Positions 31,952-41,347 of a stretch of DNA of 64,000 nt are shown here, one piece after another. The notes under the pieces were generated by a model. The model was given only the letters and a program-made list of their open reading frames with translations, ran no database searches and was not told the origin of the DNA. The first letter of the stretch is position 1; every line of letters begins with the position of its first letter. The position numbers were made by a program, and so were the translations under genes. Source of the DNA: an uncultured Pelagibacteraceae bacterium (GTDB taxonomy: Bacteria > Pseudomonadota > Alphaproteobacteria > Pelagibacterales > AG-422-B15); the NCBI GenBank assembly GCA_902546615.1, contig CACCKE010000004.1, forward strand, positions 9,646 to 73,645, given 5' to 3'.

Positions 31952-32503
31952 ATGAGTAATTTTTTAAGTAAGTATAAATCAGTATACGATGTCTTTTTAG
32001 ATAACTGGGGCTATCAGAAACATTATGTGGCTTATTTAGAGTCTCTAATGAGACAAGAAACACTATTACCAACACATATTAAAGAGATGATATTCGCCTA
32101 TGTCTCAGGATTAAACGGCTGTGGGTACTGCAAGAATATTCATGTTGAAATATCAAAGAAAATTTTAAGAGACAAGAATGACCTAGATTTTATGAATGAT
32201 ATTGAACAATCACAAATAGAAGCTAAGTATAAGCCAATTCTAAAATTATCTCACAAAGTAAATGAAGATATTCGCTCAATTACTGAAGAAGATGTAACTG
32301 CCATATTAGAATATGGCTTTGATGAAAAAGTTATTTCCGAAATTATCTCTATTTGTTCTGCTGCACAATTTATGAATACCACAGTTGTTGCTCATCAAAT
32401 AAAGCCTCTTGATCAAGTTCAAAATGTTGCATCAGCTAAAATGATGATTGAGAAAGGTTACGATGGGCTTGCTGAATTTATGTTAAGAAGACGTAATAAA
32501 TAA
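31952..32503 (+). CDS. AhpD / carboxymuconolactone decarboxylase family peroxidase-related protein
   Basis: KEMIFAYVSGLNGCGYCKNIH (CxxC...H). Confidence 0.8.
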   Translation: MSNFLSKYKSVYDVFLDNWGYQKHYVAYLESLMRQETLLPTHIKEMIFAYVSGLNGCGYCKNIHVEISKKILRDKNDLDFMNDIEQSQIEAKYKPILKLSHKVNEDIRSITEEDVTAILEYGFDEKVISEIISICSAAQFMNTTVVAHQIKPLDQVQNVASAKMMIEKGYDGLAEFMLRRRNK

Positions 32504-32504
32504 C

Positions 32505-32879
32505 TTAAAGAAATTTGAATAAACTTAGCCCAAGATAAAAAGCTATAACCGTAAATGTGAAAGTCACAAACAGATATAAAAGTGAGGCTAGAATTTCTCC
32601 GTTGCTGAATAATTGGTAAAAATCCAAATTAAAAGTTGAAAAGGTCGTGAAACCTCCGAGGAAACCAATAGTTAAAAACATTTTTATATTTTGAGATACA
32701 TTAACTTTGTCTGCAAAATAACTAACGACTAATCCCATCAAAAATGCCCCAAGAACATTGACAACTATAGTTCCAAATGGAAATGAACTTAAAAATAATC
32801 GATCAGTCTGTTCACTTATAAGAAAACGCAATAAAGCTCCGACACCTCCACCTAAAAAAATGGATAACAAAATACTCAT
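32505..32879 (-). CDS. crcB: Fluoride efflux channel Fluc/CrcB
   Basis: GGGVGALLR, FPFGTIVVN, GFLGGFTTFSTF. Confidence 0.95.
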   Translation of the reverse strand: MSILLSIFLGGGVGALLRFLISEQTDRLFLSSFPFGTIVVNVLGAFLMGLVVSYFADKVNVSQNIKMFLTIGFLGGFTTFSTFNLDFYQLFSNGEILASLLYLFVTFTFTVIAFYLGLSLFKFL

Positions 32880-33721
32880 CAGTTCATACCGACCAAATGA
32901 GCCAGTAATCCAAAGTGATCACTTGGAAAAAATTTATTTTTTTCTGTGCCGACAAGGTTGCATTCAATTGGATGACCCAGACCATTAGGTCCAGGTTTAC
33001 CTAAAAATATGTAATCAATTCGTCGATTATATTCTAAAGTTTTTTTTGCCCAATCATTGTTGTTTGACCAAGTGTAACCAGGATCATTTCTATTTGTTAA
33101 TTTCCATACATCTCTTAAAACGATATCGTTTACTGGCTTAGTTAAACCAGTAATCTTTCTAATTTCATCACTTTCTGGATCCGCATTGAAATCTCCACAC
33201 AAAATTATAGGGAATTTTGATTGTTCTAATTTACTAATGTATTCTATTATTTGATTTACTTGATCTTCTCTTACTTGCTGATGTTCATATTTATAATTAA
33301 GGTGAGTGCAAATAACGTTAATCGTCTCACTTTTATATTTTAATGAGAGATGAAGCAAAAATCTTTTTTCATCTTTTTCTGCTTCAGTCTCAAACATTAC
33401 AGTATGGTGATAATTGATTGGGAATTTAGTAATGATTGCATTTCCAAACGCAACACCATCAAATTCAAATGATTTTTCAAAGATATAGTTATATCCAAGT
33501 TGATCTGCGATTATTTTAGCCTGACTTTCATCCGTTTCTTCCCACACTTCTTGAAGACACAAAATATCTGGACAAGAATTATTGATTTCAGAAATGATTA
33601 GATTTTCTCGTTCCTTATAGTTTTCAAATTTCCACCATACGTTCCAGGTTAAAAGCTTAATTATCTCAGTGTTTAAATCAATTGAACTTGCATCTGGATC
33701 AGGAAATGATTTATCACTCAT
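32879..33721 (-). CDS. Endonuclease/exonuclease/phosphatase family protein
   Basis: TWNV, LCLQEV, GDFN, RIDYI, PSDH. Confidence 0.9.
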   Translation of the reverse strand: MSDKSFPDPDASSIDLNTEIIKLLTWNVWWKFENYKERENLIISEINNSCPDILCLQEVWEETDESQAKIIADQLGYNYIFEKSFEFDGVAFGNAIITKFPINYHHTVMFETEAEKDEKRFLLHLSLKYKSETINVICTHLNYKYEHQQVREDQVNQIIEYISKLEQSKFPIILCGDFNADPESDEIRKITGLTKPVNDIVLRDVWKLTNRNDPGYTWSNNNDWAKKTLEYNRRIDYIFLGKPGPNGLGHPIECNLVGTEKNKFFPSDHFGLLAHLVGMN

Positions 33722-33723
33722 TT

Positions 33724-34179
33724 TTAAGGAAATGCTACCATGATTTGTTCTGCAACATACGCTGGTTTGTCTTGTCCTTCAATTTCGAGAGTAGCCTCAC
33801 TGATTACCTGCGTTCCGCCGTTATCCAATTTGTTTACCTCTTTAATTTTTATTCCCATTCTCACACGGGAATTAACTGGAACCATATTAATAAATCTTAC
33901 TTTATTTAAGCCATAATTAATCATCATTTTGGCCCCTGTAACTGTCCAGATTTTACCAGCTAACGGCACTGATAGAGAAAGGCTTAAGAAACCATGTGCA
34001 ATTGTGCTTTTAGTAGGAAGTTCTTTTTGGGCTTTTTCTTCATTAACATGTATCCACTGATGATCGTCAGTTGCATCGGCGAATAAATTTATTCTATTTT
34101 GATCAATTGACATCCAATCTGAATGCCCCATATCTTTACCTTTATAATTTTCTAAATCCTTTACATCCACACTTTGCAT
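33724..34179 (-). CDS. MaoC/NodN-like hotdog-fold dehydratase
   Basis: FADATDDHQWIH, TIAHGFLSLS, NYGLNKVRF. Confidence 0.92.
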   Translation of the reverse strand: MQSVDVKDLENYKGKDMGHSDWMSIDQNRINLFADATDDHQWIHVNEEKAQKELPTKSTIAHGFLSLSLSVPLAGKIWTVTGAKMMINYGLNKVRFINMVPVNSRVRMGIKIKEVNKLDNGGTQVISEATLEIEGQDKPAYVAEQIMVAFP

Positions 34180-34295
34180 AGTAAACCTCCAAAATTATTA
34201 ATTATATCTTGAGAATATTATCTAATTAAAAAGATTATTGAAGTTTTATAATGAAAAATATTGATAAATCCATTAATTATAAATTCAAGTGAAGC

Positions 34296-34877
34296 ATGAA
34301 CGATAATCCAGTAAATTTAAAAGGACTAGAAACAATTTATAGTTTCAGCAAAAAAAATAAGCAATCACTGCCGCCTGTAGAAAAATGGAACCCTCCATTT
34401 TGTGGTGATATTGACATGAAGATTTTAAGAAATGGAAAATGGTACTACATGGGCTCTGAAATAAAAAGACCTGCAATGGTTAAACTTTTCTCAAGCATCT
34501 TAAGATTAGATGAAGATGCATGCTACTACTTAGTTACACCCGTTGAGAAAGTTAGAATTCAGGTTGAAGATGCACCGTTTGTTGCTGTGTCCCTTAATAA
34601 AGTTGAGAAAAGTAATAAAACTGGTTATCTATTTAAAACAAATCTCAATGAAGAAATTCTTCTCTCTAAAGAGAATCCATTAACAATTAAAATTGGAGAA
34701 AACTCAGAACCGTCACCTTATATCCTGATCAGAAAAAATCTCCATGCACTTTTATCCAGATCAGTTTTTTATGAATTAGTGGATCTTGCAGAGGAGAAAT
34801 TAGTTGATGATAAAAAATGCTTAGTTATAGAAAGTATGGGCGAATGTTTCAACATTCATGAAGTTGAAAAAGAATGA
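34296..34877 (+). CDS. DUF1285 domain protein
   Basis: PPVEKWNPPFCGDID, LVTPVEK, VEDAPF. Confidence 0.9.
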   Translation: MNDNPVNLKGLETIYSFSKKNKQSLPPVEKWNPPFCGDIDMKILRNGKWYYMGSEIKRPAMVKLFSSILRLDEDACYYLVTPVEKVRIQVEDAPFVAVSLNKVEKSNKTGYLFKTNLNEEILLSKENPLTIKIGENSEPSPYILIRKNLHALLSRSVFYELVDLAEEKLVDDKKCLVIESMGECFNIHEVEKE

Positions 34878-35512
34878 TGCCTTTAGATAAATTTAGGGAT
34901 TTATTTGATGGTCCGGAGAAGATATCTCATGAGTATTTTGAAATACTTACAAATGATTTTTTAACAAGACATCATCATCCTCTGGCAGAAGCTGAAAAAG
35001 ATAAAGCTAAACTAAATCCATCAGCTGTACTTGTACCGATATGTTATTCAAATAATGAAGTAAAGATATTATTAACTAAAAGACTGGATAATTTAAAAGA
35101 TCATGCAGGACAAATTAGTTTTCCTGGAGGTAAAATTGAAAAAAACGATACATCTCCAATAGAAACTGCTTTAAGAGAGGCTAACGAAGAAGTTGGTTTA
35201 AGGTCTGATGATGTAAATGTGTTAGGAAATCTTGATGTATATATAACTGGCACAGGATTTAGGATCATGCCAATTGTATCTATAGTTTCTGATTACTCAT
35301 ATCTAAAGGCAAATCAGAATGAAGTGGATGAAATATTTTTTCTCCCCTTAGAATTCTTAATGGACTCAAACAATCATAAGAAAGAGAGTGCCACATATGA
35401 GGTAAACAATACAAAATATGAATATGACTATTACGTTTTACCTTATAAAGATTACAATATCTGGGGAGCAACTGCTGGAATGTTGATTAATCTTTATCAA
35501 ATTCTAAAATAA
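34874..35512 (+). CDS. CoA pyrophosphatase (Nudix, NudL-like)
   Basis: LLTKR..L..HAGQISFPGG, Nudix ALREANEEVG, IWGATA. Confidence 0.9.
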   Translation: MMPLDKFRDLFDGPEKISHEYFEILTNDFLTRHHHPLAEAEKDKAKLNPSAVLVPICYSNNEVKILLTKRLDNLKDHAGQISFPGGKIEKNDTSPIETALREANEEVGLRSDDVNVLGNLDVYITGTGFRIMPIVSIVSDYSYLKANQNEVDEIFFLPLEFLMDSNNHKKESATYEVNNTKYEYDYYVLPYKDYNIWGATAGMLINLYQILK

Positions 35513-35529
35513 TATAAATAATCTGTCTT

Positions 35530-36762
35530 ATGAGTAGATTTTCATCAATCCTAGAACAAAACGATGTTGCGCAAGTATTTGATCTTTTTGAAACCTATCA
35601 AAAAAATAGTATTTTTGTTGTAGGGGGCTCTATCAGAGACGCACTTTTAAATAGGGAAATCACAGATATTGATTTTGCTACTTCTTTGAAGCCAAAGACT
35701 ATTATCGAAATACTCAATAAAGAAAATATTAAATTTATTGATGTAGGAATAGATCATGGAACGGTTACAGCAATAATTAATGAAAGAAAGTTTGAAATTA
35801 CAACTTTTAGAAATGATATTTATACTGATGGAAGACATGCTCAAGTCTCATTCTCAAATAGTTTAGAGGAGGATGCTTTGAGGAGAGATTTTACCATAAA
35901 TGCAATGTATTTAGATAAAGGTGGAAATTTAATAGACCCTACAGATGGTAAAAAAGATTTGGAAAATAGAGTTGTTCGTTTCATAGGTAATCCTGATGAA
36001 AGAATAAAAGAAGATTACCTTAGGATACTTAGGTATTTTCGTTTTTTAGCATTATTTGGCGATATATCTCCTGACGCAGAGGTGATGAAAACAATAACAG
36101 CTAATCTTGATAAGTTATCAGTTGTTTCTAAGGAAAGGCAATGGAATGAACTAAAGTCAATTCTAAGTCTAACTGCTCCAAATAATGCAATTTCTGCAAT
36201 GAGTGAAATTGGTTTACTTGATGATTATTTTAATGGCACTGGCATAAATGATGCATTTATAAATTTAATTGAAATAGAAAGTAGAATATCCCTTTCAATA
36301 GATTCAATATTGAGATTGAGCACTTTAGTTGAAAACTCATTAGATAAAGCAAATGACCTTATAAAAAAATTACCTTTATCAAAATCAGAATCTACTGACT
36401 TATTGAAATTATGCACATTAAATAAAAAAGTCGTCTCTTACATGTCAATGAAAGAAGTTAGATATTTACTTTATCTATTAGGTCGTGACGGTTTTCAAAA
36501 ACAAATACTTGTTAATTGGGCCAAGGATACAAATAATAAAAATGAAGTAAATTGGAGATCTCTATATGAAGTTGCTCAAAGCTGGGAGAAGCCATCTTTT
36601 GCTCTAACAGCCAAAGATGTAATAAACATGGGAATATCTCAAGGCCCAATGGTTGGAGACATCTTAAAAGAGGTTGAAGACTGGTGGGCAGAAAATGATT
36701 TTATTGATGATAAGTTTTCATTAATTGAGAGACTTAAAGCAATCGTTCAATCAAAAAAATAA
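35530..36762 (+). CDS. cca: CCA tRNA nucleotidyltransferase / poly(A) polymerase family
   Basis: VGGSIRD, DIDFAT, EITTFR, DALRRDFTINA, EDYLRILR. Confidence 0.88.
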   Translation: MSRFSSILEQNDVAQVFDLFETYQKNSIFVVGGSIRDALLNREITDIDFATSLKPKTIIEILNKENIKFIDVGIDHGTVTAIINERKFEITTFRNDIYTDGRHAQVSFSNSLEEDALRRDFTINAMYLDKGGNLIDPTDGKKDLENRVVRFIGNPDERIKEDYLRILRYFRFLALFGDISPDAEVMKTITANLDKLSVVSKERQWNELKSILSLTAPNNAISAMSEIGLLDDYFNGTGINDAFINLIEIESRISLSIDSILRLSTLVENSLDKANDLIKKLPLSKSESTDLLKLCTLNKKVVSYMSMKEVRYLLYLLGRDGFQKQILVNWAKDTNNKNEVNWRSLYEVAQSWEKPSFALTAKDVINMGISQGPMVGDILKEVEDWWAENDFIDDKFSLIERLKAIVQSKK

Positions 36763-36768
36763 TTTCTT

Positions 36769-37248
36769 TTATTTATATAAAATTTTCTTAATCTCGTAGT
36801 TTTTCTCTCCTTTTGGCGTTGAAACTGATACGAAATCGCCTTTTTCTTTTCCAATTAATGCTTTAGCAACAGGTGATCTGTAAGATAGCAGACCCGATTC
36901 AATATCTGCTTCATCATCACCAACAATTTGAAACTTTGTCTTTGTATCATTATCTATATCTTCAACTTCAACAGTTGCACCAAAGACTACAGTTTTTTGA
37001 TTTTTAGGAATATTTGAAATATCAATGATTTCTGCATTAGCTAATAATAATTGAATTTCCTGAATACGACCCTCAATGTGACCTTGCTCCTCTTTTGCCG
37101 CATGGTACTCTGCGTTTTCCTTTAAATCGCCGTGCTCTCTCGCCTCCGCAATGGCTTGAATTACTTTTTGCCTTTTATTATTTATCAAATCGCTTAATTC
37201 ATCTTGAAGTTTTTTTGCGCCATTTGATGTTATTGGTTCAGTTTCCAT
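36769..37248 (-). CDS. greA: Transcription elongation factor GreA
   Basis: [24 protein letters not shown]; ATG 37248 avoids overlap with hemF. Confidence 0.95.
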   Translation of the reverse strand: METEPITSNGAKKLQDELSDLINNKRQKVIQAIAEAREHGDLKENAEYHAAKEEQGHIEGRIQEIQLLLANAEIIDISNIPKNQKTVVFGATVEVEDIDNDTKTKFQIVGDDEADIESGLLSYRSPVAKALIGKEKGDFVSVSTPKGEKNYEIKKILYK

Positions 37249-37250
37249 TT

Positions 37251-38054
37251 TTATTTCCATTTAGCATTAGGAGGCATTGACATTAAAATTGCATCAATAT
37301 TACCACCGGTGTTTAAGCCAAATTTTGTTCCTCGATCGTATAAAAGATTATATTCCACGTACCTCCCACGTTTCAATAACTGAATTTCTTTATCTTTTTT
37401 TGTGAACTTTTCATTCATTTTTTGGCTTATTATGTCTCTTACAATATCATTAAAAGTTAAGCCAACGTCCTTAACAAAATCAAAATCTTTTTTCCAATCA
37501 TCCATTTTATAGTCAAAAAATATTCCGCCAATTCCTCTTATTTCTTTTCTGTGGGGTAAATAGAAATATTCATCACACCATTTTTTATAATTTTTGTAAT
37601 AAGACTTATTATGATTTTCACACATTGTTTTTAATTTATTATGAAATTGTTTTTTTAATTTAGCGTCTTTAAAACATGGAGTGGCGTCAATACCGCCACC
37701 AAACCAATTTTTACCCGTTATTATGTGCCGAGTATTAAAATGTAATGCAGGAACCTTTGGATTTGCTGGGTGAAGTACTACAGATACTCCTGTGGACCAA
37801 AATTTTTTATTCTTTTCAGTTCCTGGAATTTGTTTTGCAAATTCTTTTGGAAAGGTACCTGTTACATTTGAAAATGCTATACCGCCTTTTTCGATTACAT
37901 TTCCCTTAATTATTCTATATTCACCTTTTTTCCATTTATTAGTTTTGAACCTTGCTTTTGATCCACTTTTTTTTTCGAGTTCAAGTACAGTCTCACAGAT
38001 TAGATCCTGCAATCCCTTGAACCATGCTTTAGTTATCTTTTTTTTATTTAACAT
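37251..38054 (-). CDS. hemF: Oxygen-dependent coproporphyrinogen III oxidase
   Basis: [44 protein letters not shown]. Confidence 0.95.
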   Translation of the reverse strand: MLNKKKITKAWFKGLQDLICETVLELEKKSGSKARFKTNKWKKGEYRIIKGNVIEKGGIAFSNVTGTFPKEFAKQIPGTEKNKKFWSTGVSVVLHPANPKVPALHFNTRHIITGKNWFGGGIDATPCFKDAKLKKQFHNKLKTMCENHNKSYYKNYKKWCDEYFYLPHRKEIRGIGGIFFDYKMDDWKKDFDFVKDVGLTFNDIVRDIISQKMNEKFTKKDKEIQLLKRGRYVEYNLLYDRGTKFGLNTGGNIDAILMSMPPNAKWK

Positions 38055-38055
38055 T

Positions 38056-38499
38056 TCAAAATAGTTTTAACTGTCTGTTTGCCTCAGAAATAACTATAGC
38101 TGAAGACACAGCAACATTTAAAGATCTTGCGGAACTTTTCATTGGTATTTTTATTATTTGGTCAGATTGTTTGTGAACGTAATCTGGTACTCCCGCACTT
38201 TCTCTTCCAACAATTAAATTATCAGTTTCCTTAAATTTAAAATCATAGTGACTAAGTTTACCTTTTGTAGACAATAGTATTTTTCTTCCTTTTCTATTTT
38301 TCTCGTAATGCTTCCAATCGTCAAACTCTGTTAAATTAATATTTTTACCATAGTCCATTGCAACTCTGCTTAGAGATTTTTCCGACATTGCAAATGAAGC
38401 TGGATGAATGATATCAATATTGATGCCAAAACAAGAACAAATCCTCACCATTGCTCCAGTATTTTGAGGTATATCAGGTTCAAAAATTGCTAAGTTCAT
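38056..38499 (-). CDS. trmL: tRNA (cytidine(34)-2'-O)-methyltransferase
   Basis: PDIPQNTG, GRESAG, RSLNVA SPOUT motifs. Confidence 0.9.
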   Translation of the reverse strand: MNLAIFEPDIPQNTGAMVRICSCFGINIDIIHPASFAMSEKSLSRVAMDYGKNINLTEFDDWKHYEKNRKGRKILLSTKGKLSHYDFKFKETDNLIVGRESAGVPDYVHKQSDQIIKIPMKSSARSLNVAVSSAIVISEANRQLKLF

Positions 38500-38535
38500 C
38501 TAATTAATATTTTATAACTTTTTAATCCTAATATA

Positions 38536-38551
38536 TGCGTCATCATGACAC
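38536..38551. promoter_or_regulatory. Putative RegA/PrrA binding site in trmL-petA divergent spacer
   Basis: TGCGTC-ATCAT-GACAC; same left half-site and spacing as the site before coxB. Confidence 0.5.
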
Positions 38552-38635
38552 AATTTTTAGCGCTTCAGATTGTCTTTTTCCCTTAAAAAAGGACGATTTA
38601 CAAGTATATTAGCAATATAACTCTAGGATTTTAAG

Positions 38636-39145
38636 TTGTCAGAAAAACAAGTTACAAGAAGAAATTTTCTTTATGTCACTACAGGTGCATTTGCAGCTGC
38701 GGGAGCGGCTTCATTGGCATGGCCTTTCGTTGATCAAATGAATCCTGATGCATCAGTCAAAGCTTTAGCGTCTACTGAAATTGATCTCAGACCTATAATA
38801 CCTGGGCAGAGCATCACTGTAATGTGGAGAGGTAAACCCGTATTTATTCGAAGGCGGACACAGGCTGAAATTGATGAAGCAAAGAAAGTTAATTTAGCTG
38901 ATTTGCCCCACCCAGAAGCCGATAGTGATCGAGCACAAAATCCTGAGTGGCTTGTTATGGTTGGTATTTGCACACATCTTGGTTGTGTTCCACTTGGACA
39001 GAAAGGTGATTACAATGGATGGTTCTGTCCATGCCATGGTTCTCATTATGATACATCAGGTAGGATAAGAAAGGGACCTGCACCTACAAATCTTGAGATT
39101 CCGGATTATGTATTCTTAAACGAAACTACTATAAAAATTGGATAA
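38636..39145 (+). CDS. petA: Ubiquinol-cytochrome c reductase Rieske Fe-S subunit
   Basis: Tat TRRNFL, CTHLGC, CPCHGS; TTG start. Confidence 0.97.
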   Translation: MSEKQVTRRNFLYVTTGAFAAAGAASLAWPFVDQMNPDASVKALASTEIDLRPIIPGQSITVMWRGKPVFIRRRTQAEIDEAKKVNLADLPHPEADSDRAQNPEWLVMVGICTHLGCVPLGQKGDYNGWFCPCHGSHYDTSGRIRKGPAPTNLEIPDYVFLNETTIKIG

Positions 39146-39151
39146 AAAAGT

Positions 39152-40411
39152 ATGAGCGAAAATTATGCACCTAAATCAGCAGTTGGAAGATGGTTTAATG
39201 ACCGTCTACCACTTTTAAACTTAATTTATGGACATTTACTTCCATATCCAACGCCGAAAAATTTAAATTATTGGTGGACATTTGGTGGAATTTTAACTTT
39301 TTGTCTTGTTACCCAAATAATTACAGGACTTGTCCTAGCAATGCACTATGTTGCTGACGCCGACTTAGCTTTTGCAAGTGTAGAGCATATTATGAGAGAT
39401 GTTAATTATGGGTGGTTATTAAGATACATACATGCAAACGGTGCATCACTATTTTTTATGGCGGTATATATTCATATGGCAAGATCGCTATTTTACGGCT
39501 CATATAAAGAACCAAGAGAATTAATTTGGATTATTGGTGTGTTTATATTTTTACTCATGATTGCTACTGCCTTTATGGGGTATGTGCTTCCGTGGGGCCA
39601 AATGAGTTTCTGGGGAGCTACAGTTATAACAAATTTATTCAGTGCAATTCCTTTGGTAGGTGAGTCAGTAACTAACTGGTTGTGGGGAGGTTATGCTGTT
39701 GGTAGCCCACTTTTAACTAGGTTTTTCACATTACATTACCTGATGCCTTTCCTGATTTTTGCCCTCGTTATACTTCATGTTTGGGCACTACATGTACCTG
39801 GTAATAATAATCCTGAGGGTATTAATGTTGTTCAAGGTTCTCAAGATACAGTTCCTTTCCATCCTCATTACGTTGTAAAAGATATGTTTGCACTTGTTGT
39901 GTTCTTAGTTGTTTTCGCGGGCTTTGTATTCTTTGTCCCTAATTTACTTGGACATACTGACAATTATATTGAAGCTAATCCTTTGCAAACTCCGGAACAT
40001 ATTGTCCCAGAATGGTATTTTCTTCCATTCTATGCAATCTTGAGATCTGTACCAGATAAACTCGGCGGAGTAATTTTAATGGTTTCTGCAATTGCTATTT
40101 TAGCATTCTTACCTTGGCTGGATACTTCAAAAGTTAGGTCAGCAAAATACAGACCTCTCTATAGACAGTTTGTATGGCTTTTCTTTGCTAATGTAATATT
40201 GCTTGGGTATCTAGGGGCTCAGACTGCTGATGGTCTATTTCTAATTATTGGACGAATTGCTACCGCTTATTATTTTGCTCATTTTATAGTTATTTTACCT
40301 CTACTTGGCTATATTGAAAAAACCAAACCTTTGCCTAAGAGCTTGAGTGAACCTGTTCTTTCTCCCGAGGAAAGACAGATGAAGGCCGCTGCCTCTGGAG
40401 CCGGTGCATAG
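39152..40411 (+). CDS. petB: Cytochrome b
   Basis: [27 protein letters not shown]. Confidence 0.98.
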   Translation: MSENYAPKSAVGRWFNDRLPLLNLIYGHLLPYPTPKNLNYWWTFGGILTFCLVTQIITGLVLAMHYVADADLAFASVEHIMRDVNYGWLLRYIHANGASLFFMAVYIHMARSLFYGSYKEPRELIWIIGVFIFLLMIATAFMGYVLPWGQMSFWGATVITNLFSAIPLVGESVTNWLWGGYAVGSPLLTRFFTLHYLMPFLIFALVILHVWALHVPGNNNPEGINVVQGSQDTVPFHPHYVVKDMFALVVFLVVFAGFVFFVPNLLGHTDNYIEANPLQTPEHIVPEWYFLPFYAILRSVPDKLGGVILMVSAIAILAFLPWLDTSKVRSAKYRPLYRQFVWLFFANVILLGYLGAQTADGLFLIIGRIATAYYFAHFIVILPLLGYIEKTKPLPKSLSEPVLSPEERQMKAAASGAGA

Positions 40412-40421
40412 CTATTGATAT

Positions 40422-41198
40422 ATGAGATTTATTATAAATTTATTTGTATCTTTCTCATTGCTACTGAGCTTTAGCTTTACTCAATTACATGCTGCTGGTG
40501 AAATGAAAGAGCCTATGCATCCTGATTGGTCATTTGAAGGACCATTAGGAAAATTTGAGAGAGCATCGCTTCAAAGAGGGTATCAAGTTTATACCGAAGT
40601 CTGTTCAGGATGTCATTCAATGAACCTTTTAAGTTATAGAAATCTAATTGAAGAGGGTGGCCCTGAATTCAGCGAGTCTCAAGCTAAAGCAATGGCTGCA
40701 GCATTTGAAGTAAAAGCTGCTCCAAATGCCGATGGAGAAGTTGAAATGCGTCCCGCAATATTATCTGACAAGTTTGTTAGCCCATATGAGAATGAACAAC
40801 AGGGAAGAGCTGCAAACGGCGGCGCTTATCCGCCGGATTTATCTGTAATGGTTAAAGCACGACATGGTGGAGCAGACTATTTGTACTCTTTATTGTTGGG
40901 TTATGTTGATGCACCAAGTGATATTAAACTCGATGATGGTGTTTATTACAATGAGTACGCAAAAGGCCAAAAAATAGCGATGCCTCAAGTATTGTATGAG
41001 GATGCTGTAGTTTACACAGATGGAACAGCTGCAACGCCAGAACAAATGGCACGGGACGTCACAATGTTTCTTACATGGGCAGCAGAACCAAAGCTAGAGG
41101 CGAGAAAAAGAATCGGTTTTAAGGTAATTTCATACTTATTAATTCTTTCTGTATTACTCTACTTCACTAATCGACAAATTTGGAAAGATACTCATTAG
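40422..41198 (+). CDS. petC: Cytochrome c1
   Basis: RGYQVY, CSGCH heme motif, PPDLS, C-terminal TM. Confidence 0.96.
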   Translation: MRFIINLFVSFSLLLSFSFTQLHAAGEMKEPMHPDWSFEGPLGKFERASLQRGYQVYTEVCSGCHSMNLLSYRNLIEEGGPEFSESQAKAMAAAFEVKAAPNADGEVEMRPAILSDKFVSPYENEQQGRAANGGAYPPDLSVMVKARHGGADYLYSLLLGYVDAPSDIKLDDGVYYNEYAKGQKIAMPQVLYEDAVVYTDGTAATPEQMARDVTMFLTWAAEPKLEARKRIGFKVISYLLILSVLLYFTNRQIWKDTH

Positions 41199-41266
41199 TC
41201 TATTTTCTAAAAACAATTGATTTTCAATTATTTAAAAAAATAATTTTAAGTAAATTATCAATATCC

Positions 41267-41275
41267 TTATCCACA
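41267..41275 (+). promoter_or_regulatory. Perfect DnaA-box consensus
   Basis: TTATCCACA in petC-permease spacer; single copy, function unproven. Confidence 0.35.
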
Positions 41276-41347
41276 GAAACATTTTATCGATCTCGATTAC
41301 TTTATTTTGGTAATGTAAATTATACTCTTACTAAACGGAGGAACTGA

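Noticed and set aside
34251-34292. 13-aa uORF MKNIDKSINYKFK before DUF1285, sharing the 12-mer AAATTCAAGTGA with 206-217 (minus strand)
   Set aside because: Short ORFs and 12-mer repeats are expected by chance in 64 kb of AT-rich sequence
34180-34295. Fluoride riboswitch upstream of the crcB-containing unit
   Set aside because: Spacer is almost all A/T with no conserved riboswitch core visible
31937-36000. Prophage or integrative element at tRNA-Gln
   Set aside because: No integrase, phage genes or att-like duplication of the tRNA 3' end seen
41199-41347. oriC or purine riboswitch
   Set aside because: Only one DnaA box, no typical origin-flanking genes, and no purine-aptamer stems or conserved loops
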